DNA from: Candidatus Marinacidobacterales bacterium
GTDB taxonomy: Bacteria; Acidobacteriota; Vicinamibacteria; Marinacidobacterales; DATDRI01
Length of the DNA stretch: 64,000 nucleotides
Assembly (NCBI GenBank): GCA_965219415.1
Contig: CBDCNP010000002.1
Span: forward strand, 1,856,001 to 1,920,000
Reading direction: 5' to 3'
A program made the position numbers and the translations under genes. Position 1 is the first letter of the stretch; the number at the start of each line of letters is the position of its first letter. Below the pieces are notes generated by a model. That model was not told the DNA's origin and did no database searches. It saw only the letters and a program-made list of their open reading frames with translations. This document shows, piece after piece, positions 9,643 to 19,259 of the stretch.

Positions 9643-12600
9643 CCGAACGCCAGCGATACCGCCATGGGTATCAAGAACGTTGCCTGCATGCTTCTTTCGA
9701 GCATGAGGGGCAGCAGTCCCGCAAACGTTGTGAGCGAAGTCAAGAGGATGGGGCGAAAGCGCACCACGCCGGCTTGACGGATCGCTGCCGCAAGGTCGTC
9801 CTTGGTCTTACGGTAGCGGTTGATGAAATGCACCATGATCAAATTGTCGTTCACGACCACCCCGGCCAAGGCGACGATACCGAACATGGAGAAGATGGTG
9901 AGGTTCAATCCAAGCAGGAAATGTCCCCAGGCGGCGCCAACAATGCCAAAGGGGATGGCGGCCATGATAATGAGAGGCTGTGAGTAAGACTGCAAGGGTA
10001 TCGCCAGCAATGCGTAAATCAACACCAGCGCGATGGCAAAGCCTCGTTGCAGTCCAGCCAGAGATTCTCGCTGCTCGGCCTGTGCGCCCTCGAGGGAATA
10101 GAAGACACTCGGGTGGTCCGCGACGATATCGGGGAGTATGGTGGCCTCCAGATCGGCGATGATATCTCCCGGGGTCACTTGCAAGGAGTTCACATCCGCG
10201 GTGACGTTCACCGACCGGCGCCGATTCACGCGCTGGATGGATGCGTAGCCCCGTCCCGGGGAAACCTCGGCCACCTGATCGAAGGGCACTTCTTGACCAC
10301 TCGAGGTACGAATACGTAGATTCTCCAGGTCGCCCAACGATCGGCGCTCCTCTTGCGGATAGCGAACCATGACGCGGACATCATCGCGCCCTCGCTGAAT
10401 TCGTTGCGCCTCCTCGCCGTAAAATGCTTGCCGCACCTGCCGCGCCAGATCGGCGAGGGTCAGGCCGAGTACCTCCGCGCGCGGTTGGATCTGCAGCTTG
10501 ATCTCCCGCTTTCCTTCGCGGAAGGAATCCGCGATCTCGTAAACGCCGGCATACTCGGCGAGGCGCAGCTTGAGCTCAGTCGCGGCCGCCCGGAGCTCAT
10601 CCAGATCCGAACCGGTTAGCTCGATGTTGATGTCCTCTCCCGGAGAAAAGAGGGTGGCGTTGAAGGACATCTCAACCGCGTCGGGGATGGGGCCGATGAG
10701 ATCTCGACACCGCTCCGCGAGGGTGGAGCTACTGATGTCCCGGTCTTCGGAGGGGACGAGCTCGATGGTGAATTCGCCAAGGTGAGAGCCCGAGTAATTG
10801 ACCTGCCGTCCCGCGCTCGGTCCCATGGTGTTCTGCGACGTCCGAAAGGGTTGATCGCCCACCGCTGCGTATGAATGGCGATAGAGGTCGGTCCCGAACT
10901 CGTCCTCGAGCTGTTTGCGAAGCGTCGCAGCGGATTGTCGAAGCCGCTCAACGCCTTCCGCCGTCGTCGCAACGGGCGTGCCTTGTGGCATGGTGAGGCT
11001 CGCGGTGATGAAGTCGGCCTCGATCTCGGGAAAATAAATGAACGTTATCCAGCCTCCACCCACCAACCCCAATGTGAGGATCAAGGTGGAAACGCCGGTG
11101 GCCAATGTGAGGTAGCGCCAGTGAAGGGCGCACTCAAGGAACGGCCGGTAAAAGGTGTCGATCTGACGCTCCAAACCTTCCGAGAAGCGTGCGTGCAATC
11201 GTCGCCAAAGCCCGGCGCGGGGTGGATCCACGTGGTTCCTCTTGCTCAGTCGTGAGAGGTGATGCGGAAGGATCCACAACGATTCGACCAGCGAAAACAG
11301 AAGACAGGGAATGACGATGAGGGGGATGGTCCGCATAATCTTACCCATTGTTCCGGGAACCATGAGCAGGGGCATGAACGCGGCTATCGAGGTCAGCACC
11401 GCGAAGATGACCGGCGTCATGACGGCCTTCGTACCTTCGATCGCGCCTTCGAGACCCTGATGAGAGGCCTGCTGATGGGTGTAGATGCTCTCGCCGACCA
11501 CGATCGCGTCATCGACAACGATCCCCAAAACGACAATGAAAGCGAAGGCGGAGATCATGTTGATCGAGACGTCGAAGGTCGGCATCAACCAGATGGCGCC
11601 CAAGAAGGAGATGGGAATTCCGAGGCTCACCCAGAATGCCAAGCGAAATCGCAGGAAAAGAGCGAGGGTAAAGAACACCAGGACGAAACCCAGGCGTCCG
11701 TTCCGAAGCATTAAGTCGAGACGGTCGCGAAGCGTCTTCGAGGTGTCGCCCCACGTTGTAAGAGTGATTCCGGCGGGCATGTTGCGTTGCGCGTCGGTGA
11801 CGTAGGTATTCACTTTGTCGGCGATGTCCAGTGCGCCTTGTTCACCGGTGCGATAGGTACGGATGATCATCGTCGGTTGGTCGTCGAAGAAGGAGGATTG
11901 ATCGGTTTCGGCGAAACCGTCGTTCACCCGGGCGACATCACCCAGACGTAGATGAGTGCCGTCAGGATGGGTGATGAGAACGAGATCTTCGAACTCCCGT
12001 TGGCGGTACGCCTGCCCCTTGGCACGCAGCAGAATTTCTCCTCCGCTGGTTTTGACCGAGCCGCCGGGCAAATCGAGAGAAGAGCGTCTCACCGCGTCCG
12101 CCACCTGGCTGAATGTCAGCCCGTGCCGCCGCAAATCGCGCTCCGAGACTTCGATCGAGATCTCGTAGGGACGCGAGTTGACGAACTCGACTTGGCTGAT
12201 TCCGGGAATCGCGGTGAGCTCGTCCCTTACCTGCTCGGCTAGGAATTTGAGCGTCGATTCGTCGGCATCGCCCCACAGCGCAATGTCGATGACCGGCCGG
12301 CGGGTAGTGATCTCCTGGATCACCGGCTTTTCGGTCTGCTCGGGGAAGGTAATGATGGCGTCGACTCTCGATTTGACGTCATCCACGACTTTGCGCGTAT
12401 CGGCACCGAGCTCGAGCTCGATGACGACTTTACCCGAGCCCTCGTTGGCGGTCGAGGTGATTCGCTTGATGCCATCGAGTCCTTGGATCGCCTCTTCGAT
12501 GCGCGTGCAGACTGCTTCTTCGACTTCTTCGGGCGCAGCTCCGAGGTACTCGACGGAGACGGTGATCAAGTCGAGAGAAAACTCGGGCATCACTTCTTGC

Positions 12601-12701
12601 TTGAGGTTGAAAATGGTGAGGAATCCACCCAACACGATCAAGATCATCATCAAGTTCGCGGCGACGCCGTTGCTGGCAAACCATTCGACGGTTCGATTCA
12701 T
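9615..12701 (-). CDS. RND efflux permease (AcrB/AcrD/AcrF family), last TM helix removed by R1
   Basis: GIVVDDAIVVGE, RFRPILLTSLTT; C-terminal LCQNSAL is read from R1. Confidence 0.9.
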   Translation of the reverse strand: MNRTVEWFASNGVAANLMMILIVLGGFLTIFNLKQEVMPEFSLDLITVSVEYLGAAPEEVEEAVCTRIEEAIQGLDGIKRITSTANEGSGKVVIELELGADTRKVVDDVKSRVDAIITFPEQTEKPVIQEITTRRPVIDIALWGDADESTLKFLAEQVRDELTAIPGISQVEFVNSRPYEISIEVSERDLRRHGLTFSQVADAVRRSSLDLPGGSVKTSGGEILLRAKGQAYRQREFEDLVLITHPDGTHLRLGDVARVNDGFAETDQSSFFDDQPTMIIRTYRTGEQGALDIADKVNTYVTDAQRNMPAGITLTTWGDTSKTLRDRLDLMLRNGRLGFVLVFFTLALFLRFRLAFWVSLGIPISFLGAIWLMPTFDVSINMISAFAFIVVLGIVVDDAIVVGESIYTHQQASHQGLEGAIEGTKAVMTPVIFAVLTSIAAFMPLLMVPGTMGKIMRTIPLIVIPCLLFSLVESLWILPHHLSRLSKRNHVDPPRAGLWRRLHARFSEGLERQIDTFYRPFLECALHWRYLTLATGVSTLILTLGLVGGGWITFIYFPEIEADFITASLTMPQGTPVATTAEGVERLRQSAATLRKQLEDEFGTDLYRHSYAAVGDQPFRTSQNTMGPSAGRQVNYSGSHLGEFTIELVPSEDRDISSSTLAERCRDLIGPIPDAVEMSFNATLFSPGEDINIELTGSDLDELRAAATELKLRLAEYAGVYEIADSFREGKREIKLQIQPRAEVLGLTLADLARQVRQAFYGEEAQRIQRGRDDVRVMVRYPQEERRSLGDLENLRIRTSSGQEVPFDQVAEVSPGRGYASIQRVNRRRSVNVTADVNSLQVTPGDIIADLEATILPDIVADHPSVFYSLEGAQAEQRESLAGLQRGFAIALVLIYALLAIPLQSYSQPLIIMAAIPFGIVGAAWGHFLLGLNLTIFSMFGIVALAGVVVNDNLIMVHFINRYRKTKDDLAAAIRQAGVVRFRPILLTSLTTFAGLLPLMLERSMQATFLIPMAVSLAFGVLCQNSAL

Positions 12702-13340
12702 GGTGCCCTCTCACCGTTGAAAGGCGTTTCCGGTCGTCCGCCTTCGGGCTGGATGCGCACCTCCATGCCGTCGGTGACCGCTCCCAGCGGGGAGAGCAAG
12801 ACCCTTTCTCCGTCCTCGAGCCCGTCCCGGACAACTAGCTCTTGATGTGTTTGGCGAAACACGTCGACCTCGCGAAACCGGAGTCGATTCGAAGAGTCGA
12901 CGATCAGAACGTTTCCATCGCTCCTTAAAGCGGCGCGGGGTAGGACCGCAACGTTTTCGGCAACAATTCCCTGTATCTCCGCCTCCACGAACATTCCCAC
13001 TGCCAGCGGTGGGCGCTCGCTTTGTTCGGCACGGCCGTATGGGTTTTCGATTTCCACGACCGCGTGCACCATTCGGCTGGTGCGGTCGATCTCCCCTTCG
13101 GTACGCACAATGCGGCCTTTCCATTCGAACTCTTTGCCCGCGAAATCGGCGCGAAGCCTCACCTCCGGGCCGGCCTGTGCGCGGCTTTCCCCCCGATAGA
13201 CGAGCGGCAGATCCAGATAGGCCAATTCGGTATCGGGTAAGGGAAGCCGAATCTCCGCTTTGTCGATAGCGTAGATGGTTGCCAAGGGACTTCCGACGGT
13301 CACGAACTGTCCAAGGTCGACGTTCTCTTGGCTGTGCATC
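12698..13340 (-). pseudogene. RND periplasmic adaptor (MFP), 5'-truncated
   Basis: VDLGQFVTVG, IVRTEGEIDRTSR, PLAVGMFVEAEI, GLEDGERV; N-terminal half missing. Confidence 0.8.
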
Positions 13341-13574
13341 GTCAAAACTGCTCCGCCCACGAAATCAAGGACTTACGCTCCGCTTGAATTCCGGGCCGAA
13401 GACGGCGAAACTCCGCCGCTATGCTCAACGTTGTTGTCTTCCTCGTCTCACTTGGCGTCCGTGCCATTCGGGCGATGTGTCGGCACCGCGCCGACCTGGT
13501 GTTGGAGAACGTCGCTTTGCGGCAGCAAGTGACGGCGCTGAAGAAAGAGCGCCCACGCCCACCGCTCGACGACA

Positions 13575-13820
13575 AGTGAAGTGAAACTCGGATGCTCCGG
13601 TAGTTTTTCTAAGCTCCGAAAGGGCTGCCGGAAACTGCCTCCACACCTCGCCAATGTGCTCCTTTGGAACCACGACGGCGACCCATGACTTTCGACTAGC
13701 GCGAAGATGCGGGGGCGTGTTCCGCAGGCCTGGGGATCCCGTGTCATCAACGAAGATTCCATGAATGGAACCGGCACGCTGTTGATCGATGAAGTTCTGA
13801 TATCGAAATTTAGGTTTCAC
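13575..13820 (-). pseudogene. DUF3800-like N-terminal fragment, abutting a small integrase remnant (13495-13575, + strand)
   Basis: GIFVDDTGSPG...EFHF motif; adjacent LENVALRQQV integrase N-terminus. Confidence 0.45.
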
Positions 13821-14084
13821 GGGAGAAGGAATACCACGCCTAACTACAAATTAGACTGTTTCCGCCTAAAATCCCCAACACTGCATGACGCCGCTTCCCA
13901 TCACGCGGGCCGCCTTCGTGAACGTATTGGAAGCACAGGGCTTATGGGAATCGGTCCTGGAGATATAATGCAGGAACTTGCAGGGTGCTTCCGCCATCAA
14001 GTGATGGAATGGACTCCTCCACTGACATAGACGGCATCGATGTGCCAAAGTCAGTCGAATACGCATCGAAAAGGAGGAGTCCGA

Positions 14085-15116
14085 ATGAAAGATACGACAA
14101 TCGCTGTGGATCTTGCAAAGAACGTCTTCGAGATTGCCATCTCGGGAGAAGCGGGGAAGGTGTCCAAGCAACTCCGTGTGAGTCGACCCAAATTGGTGTC
14201 GTTCTTTGCCAAACAGAGCGCTGCCACCGTGCTTCTCGAAGCCTGCGGCTCGGCTCACTTCTGGGCAAGGACGTTCCGAAGGTTGGGACACGACGTCGTC
14301 CTGCTCCCACCTCACCTCGTGAGGCCGTATCGACGCGGGAGCAAGAACGACCGCGCCGACACGAAGGCGTTGCTCGAGGCCTACAGGAACGAGGAGCTTC
14401 TTCCCGTACCCATCAAGTCCGTGCACCAGCACACCCTCGCTGCGCTCCATCGCCTGCGCTCAGGATGGCTCTCCACACGGACCGCACGCATCAATGCCGT
14501 ACGCGGGCTCCTGCGCGAACTCGGATTCATCATCCCAAAGGGCGCTCACTTCGTCGTGCCCGCCCTCTTCGAACTCGTCGAAGACGCTGATTCTGATTTG
14601 CCCGACGTGCTCCGTTCGCATCTCCGTGATGCCTGCTCCGAGATTCGAGAACTCAAGGACAAGTGCGCTAGCATCGAGCACGAGCTCAAGGCGCTCACCA
14701 AGCAGCTTCCTGAAGTCCAACGACTTCTCGCCATTCCCGGCATCGGACTTCTGGCCGCGACCGCCATCGTGGGCTTCGTCGGCGATCTTCGCCGCTTCCC
14801 ATCGGGGCGCCGCTTCTCGAGCTACCTCGGCCTAGTTCCCAAGGAAAACTCCAGTGGCGACATTCGCCGCCTCGGACGCATCACCAAGCGTGGCGACTCC
14901 TACCTCCGTATGCTCCTCACCCAGGGCGGGCGCGCCGTGCTCCGCGCGGCGAACGTCAGCAAGAGCCCGCCCGACAAGCTCCGCGCCTGGGCTCGGAAGG
15001 TCCACCGCTCGCGGGGACACAACAAGGCCGTGATTGCTGTCGCCAACAAACTCGCCCGGATCGTCTGGGCCGTCTCCACCCGCGAGAGTGAATTCCAGTC
15101 GCCGGTGGCCGCTTAG
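14085..15116 (+). CDS. IS110/IS1111 DEDD recombinase (bridge recombinase)
   Basis: IAVDLAK, LLEACG, KNDRAD (DEDD), IPGIG, YLGLVPKENSSG (catalytic Ser), LGRITKRGDSYLR, AVANKLARI. Confidence 0.95.
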   Translation: MKDTTIAVDLAKNVFEIAISGEAGKVSKQLRVSRPKLVSFFAKQSAATVLLEACGSAHFWARTFRRLGHDVVLLPPHLVRPYRRGSKNDRADTKALLEAYRNEELLPVPIKSVHQHTLAALHRLRSGWLSTRTARINAVRGLLRELGFIIPKGAHFVVPALFELVEDADSDLPDVLRSHLRDACSEIRELKDKCASIEHELKALTKQLPEVQRLLAIPGIGLLAATAIVGFVGDLRRFPSGRRFSSYLGLVPKENSSGDIRRLGRITKRGDSYLRMLLTQGGRAVLRAANVSKSPPDKLRAWARKVHRSRGHNKAVIAVANKLARIVWAVSTRESEFQSPVAA

Positions 15117-15164
15117 ATTTAGAGGCTCCACTTTCGTGTTTTCCTTTTTCCCTTCCAAAAGAGG

Positions 15165-15345
15165 CTGCGACGATACCCATCCAACTGATGGCGTACCGGT
15201 CGGACCGGCGCGGGGTCAAGCCAATAGCAACACTGGCCCTAAGAGGTCGTTCAAAGTGATTGGCTCCTCGCGCGCGGATTTTCCATCATGGCCCGGAGCA
15301 CCCAAGACGCTCCTCACTGAGGCCGAAGATACGTTTGCAGTCTGA
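15165..15345 (+). ncRNA. Predicted bridge/seekRNA (boundaries approximate)
   Basis: Two stem-loops whose internal loops match the target (15225-15234, 15254-15258) and the donor junction (15281-15289, 15327-15333). Confidence 0.8.
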
Positions 15346-15639
15346 CCCACTCGTCACGACGCGATGGATGCGCAGCTTCGATGGAAGATTTATTAAGAAA
15401 GGGGCGTGACTAGAAAGAAAGGGGCTTGACTAGAGGAGTCCAGATATGTTGCTACGCGGCTGCGGGCAGTGGTACAGGCGCGGAAGAGACCGGGTTGCGC
15501 GCCCCCGCTGGTCCAAATACTCGAACGCCCAGTTCGCCAATCTCATACAGCTCGAGTTTATGGAAGGGACAGGGACTACAGCGAGCGGCGGAAACAACTC
15601 GGACGGCCCCGGGTCATGGCGGAGATTAGCGAGCTCGTT

Positions 15640-15960
15640 GTGGGGATGGCTCAGTATCATGGAGAGCGCAACCATCAAGGGCTCGGGAACGTGTTGATCG
15701 AAGCGGAAGAATGCGTCGGTAGTCCCGACGGGAAGGTGCGATGTCGTAAGCGATTGGGCGGCTTGCTCAGTTACTACCACCGCGCCGCCGCATAGGAGTT
15801 CGGGCGCGCCAGCTGGACGGAACGGATGTTCTGGAGGAGAGCTTCTGCTCGGGGTCGCCTATCGCAGCTCCAGTGCCGCGTCGGCTGGTCCCCGCGAATT
15901 TCGACAACGCCTCTAGGATTAGAGATTTCGGCTCCGTTCGCATTTTCGGACACGACGCCG
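15640..15960 (+). pseudogene. rve integrase 3' remnant with terminus
   Basis: YHGERNHQGLGN..RKRLGGLLSYYHRAAA*, ending in TTTTCGGACACGACG. Confidence 0.75.
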
Positions 15961-16184
15961 TCGTGCTCCGCAAAGAGTCGATCCAGTGTTGATTGCGCGG
16001 TTTAGACCTGCCATGATCGGCGGCTGCTTCGCGCCGATCGAAACGACGACGCCACCGGTGCTTTCGCTGTCAAATGTTGGCGGCCACCGCGTAACCCGTT
16101 CGCGTCCTAGAGTTTGAGCCTGATTTCGAGAGGCGTGGTTTTTTCGTCGATGCCGACTGGGCCGAGTTTTGGCACAGGACGGGG

Positions 16185-16666
16185 TGCGCGGGCTCGAAGA
16201 TGACGACATCGCCAGCATCTTCGATGCATTCCAGCAAAATCGAAATTGGGAAGAGGCTCGAAGGTACGGCTTCATTTCAGCCGGCGGTGGTCGGTGGTAC
16301 ACGAAGAGCTTGGAGATGTTGCACGAAGGCGCTCGCATTTGGGTCTACATACCCGGCACAGGCTATGTTGGCGTCGGGCGAATACTTGAGAAATCGGTGC
16401 CGGTCTCCGAGTTCTTGATAGATGACGACCACGGCAAGTCTGTGCCGATCACGAACCTGCCGCTCGCGATCGCGAAAAGCAATGTCGATGATCCTGAGAA
16501 GATGGAGCATCTTGTCAAGGTCGAGTGGATCAAGACCGTTCCGGTTGCTGAGGCTGTTCTCGAGAAAGGGTTTTTTGCAAACCAACACTCTGCCGCGAAA
16601 CCAAGGGCAAAGAAGTGGCAGCATACGGTTGATAGACTTCGCGTGGGATTTGGCGTGACGGACTGA
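16185..16666 (+). pseudogene. C-terminal fragment of a NucS-associated/restriction-endonuclease-like protein
   Basis: RNWEEARRYGFISAGGG..IWVYIPGTGYVGVG..FFANQ; start codon comes from an R1 end. Confidence 0.5.
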
Positions 16667-16672
16667 CGCCGT

Positions 16673-16822
16673 CCCCGTCCTGTGCCAAAACTCGGCCCTT
16701 TAGAAATAGACCACAAATCAGCAGCTTAGACGCCCTTGGAATCCGCGCAGAATCCAGGGTATTTCGCGCCGCAGGGCTGACTTCCGACCCATGGGCTGGC
16801 GGATGAATAAATAGAAGGCACA
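16673..16822 (-). repeat. R1 MITE full copy
   Basis: Reverse complement of 598-747. Confidence 0.85.
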
Positions 16823-16928
16823 GCTACCTACCCCTGCAAAACCCCGCCAACCGCGCGGAAAATCTCACCCGTCTCTGCAGTGCCACAATTTGCCAGACTG
16901 GGTGGCGGAGGCACGCGGATTCAATCCT

Positions 16929-19259
16929 CTAGTCCGGCTGGCGTGAGGCGCGGCGCATCATCTGCTCGGCTTCTTGGGTTTTTCCAGTAAGGCGATAGGC
17001 TTCGGCGAGATTCTCCATGACCATGCGATTGTTCGGAGCCGCTCTCAAGGCTTGCTCGAAGTGAGGGATTGACTCCGAACAACGGTCGAGCCTGCAAAGT
17101 GTTGTGCCTAAAGCGTTTCTTGTCGAGGGATCTTCTCGTAGCTGGAGCGCGGACTCGAAGGCGGGGATCGCATCTTCGCCCCTACCGACTCGAGAAAGAA
17201 TGACTCCACGATCGTGGTACGCCGGAGCGAAGTTGGGATCAAGGGCGATTGCTTTGTCCAATTCGTCAAGGGCCTCCGGTATCCTCTCTGTTTCACGAAG
17301 AATCGCGCTCAAAGTGTAGTGAACTTGGAGATCTTCGGGACCAGAGCGCAACAATTTTTCCGCTTCCGGGAGCTCCCCGAGCTGCGCCACCAAATGCGCG
17401 TACTCTGCAAGGGCCTTCCCGTTCTCCGGATCTATCTGGACGGCGCGAGCATATTCCGCCCTGGCGTCGTCGAATTGCTTCAGGCCTCGATGGTAGCGAG
17501 CCAAACCGAGACGCGCATCCGTCCTTGCATCGTCGATACGAGCCGCCTCTTGGAAACGCTCGTAGGCTTGCTGCGATTGTCCTTGTGTTAGATAGAGATA
17601 CCCGAGCCGTTCATGAGCACGAGCGAAACGGGAATCCGCTTGGATAGCGGCCTTGAACTCCTTCTCTGCCTCCACCAAATTCCCTTGTCGCCACAGCAGG
17701 TTTCCGAGAGAAAGGTGAGGCAATGGTCGATCGGGGGCAAGTGCCGAGATGCGGCGGTACAAATCGATCGCCTCACCACGAGAACCCTGCTTGTTGCGGG
17801 AGATGGCCAAATGCTCCATCGCCAGAAGGTTGGTAGGGTCCTCTTCCAGAATCGCCGCCGCCTGTCGGGCGGCTTCTGCGTAGTCGCCTTGACCGATGTG
17901 ATGAATTACCCACTGAGACTTATCCCAAAGGTATAGACGATCCTTTGGATCCAAGAGCTCCTCGCCATCGTCACCGGCGTGGCCACCACCGCCCGCGTAA
18001 CCCAAGCTGCGCAGTCTGGCGAGCGTCTCCGGATCCGGTTGGTGTCGCGCAGAGAACGAACCGGGCCAACTCGCATGCAAAGACTCGAGATCGGTTTTCA
18101 TGCGTTCGGCGAGTTTCGGATCTGCGCCAAGAATATTCTCGCTCTCGTCCGGATCCTTCGATAGATCGTAGAGCTCTCGACGCGGGGCTTCGATGTACTT
18201 GAATCCGTCTTGCCGTAGTGAGACGAGGGGAGCCCATCCGAAATTCAATTGAGAGACGTAGCATTCGCTGTAAGCCGTAGCCTTCTCGGAATCTGCCCCA
18301 TCGATCAGGCCCATTAGGCTGACACCTTGCACGGTGTCCGGAGCGGACACGCCTACCAGTTCCAGGACGGTTGGAAATACGTCGACAAGTTCCACTCGCG
18401 ATGGAATGCTCCGATCCTTCGGGAGAGATGGCGAGCTCGTCAGGATGAGGGGAACCTTCAACGTCGCGTCGTAAACAAAGAAGCCATGGGTTCGCTCACC
18501 GTGCTCCCCCAGCGACTCCCCGTGATCGGCGGTAAAGACAACGAGCGTGTTCTCCATCAACCCTCGCGCCTCAATCTCCTTTAGCAGCACACCGATCTGT
18601 TCATCCACGTAGGCAATCTCACCATCGTAAGGAGACGAAGCGAAACGTTCTCGAAACGGGGAGGGGGAAGCGTAGGGCGTGTGAGGATCGAAGAGATGCA
18701 CCCATGCGAAGAACGGCCTTGCTTCGTCCGTCTCGCCGAGCCACCGCCTGAACGCATCAACGACCTCGTTCGCAGGCCTCTCCGAGAACGTACCGACCGC
18801 CTCGTCGTCTCGTGCCTGCATGCGGGCATCGTAGACATCGAATCCCTGGCCGAGGCCGAAGCTCGCGTCGAGAACATAGGCTCCCACGAAAGCACCGGTT
18901 TGATAGCCGGCCGATTGGAGTATCTCGGCGAGCGTCAACGCTTCGGGATCGAGACGAAAGTACGTGTTGTCGCGGACGCCATTGACCGGCGGAAACGTGC
19001 CCGTTAGGAGACTGACATGGGAAGGAAGCGTGACGGGAACCTGGGCGATGGCCTCTTCGAACAAGACGCCCTGGCTCGCCAGTCGGTCGATGTTCGGCGT
19101 AGCGGCGCGCGAATAGCCGTAGCACCCCAGACGGTCGGCCCGCAGCGTGTCGATGGTAATGAGAAGAACGTTCTGGCCTGACTGCGGTTGAACCTTCGGC
19201 GTACTGCAGCCACAGAGAAAACTAAAGAGAAGGAAGAAATTAGTCGCGAGGGTTTTCAT
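16929..19259 (-). CDS. Sulfatase-like hydrolase/transferase with C-terminal TPRs (lipoprotein)
   Basis: ITIDTLRADRLG, TLPSHVSLLTG, HLFDPH, TADHGE; TPR helices. Confidence 0.9.
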   Translation of the reverse strand: MKTLATNFFLLFSFLCGCSTPKVQPQSGQNVLLITIDTLRADRLGCYGYSRAATPNIDRLASQGVLFEEAIAQVPVTLPSHVSLLTGTFPPVNGVRDNTYFRLDPEALTLAEILQSAGYQTGAFVGAYVLDASFGLGQGFDVYDARMQARDDEAVGTFSERPANEVVDAFRRWLGETDEARPFFAWVHLFDPHTPYASPSPFRERFASSPYDGEIAYVDEQIGVLLKEIEARGLMENTLVVFTADHGESLGEHGERTHGFFVYDATLKVPLILTSSPSLPKDRSIPSRVELVDVFPTVLELVGVSAPDTVQGVSLMGLIDGADSEKATAYSECYVSQLNFGWAPLVSLRQDGFKYIEAPRRELYDLSKDPDESENILGADPKLAERMKTDLESLHASWPGSFSARHQPDPETLARLRSLGYAGGGGHAGDDGEELLDPKDRLYLWDKSQWVIHHIGQGDYAEAARQAAAILEEDPTNLLAMEHLAISRNKQGSRGEAIDLYRRISALAPDRPLPHLSLGNLLWRQGNLVEAEKEFKAAIQADSRFARAHERLGYLYLTQGQSQQAYERFQEAARIDDARTDARLGLARYHRGLKQFDDARAEYARAVQIDPENGKALAEYAHLVAQLGELPEAEKLLRSGPEDLQVHYTLSAILRETERIPEALDELDKAIALDPNFAPAYHDRGVILSRVGRGEDAIPAFESALQLREDPSTRNALGTTLCRLDRCSESIPHFEQALRAAPNNRMVMENLAEAYRLTGKTQEAEQMMRRASRQPD

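Larger units (their letters stand above)
14002..15448 (+). mobile_element. IS110 family, IS1111 subgroup insertion sequence (complete)
   Basis: Sub-terminal IRs TGGACTCCTC (14010-14019) / GAGGAGTCCA (15433-15442), TG core at both ends, long 3' non-coding region, empty target at 2087-2113. Confidence 0.93.

Noticed and set aside
598-16822. R1/R2 repeats as integron attC cassette array or CRISPR
   Set aside because: Irregular spacing and orientation, no GTTRRRY cores, no intI or cas genes, and the repeats truncate genes rather than delimit them.
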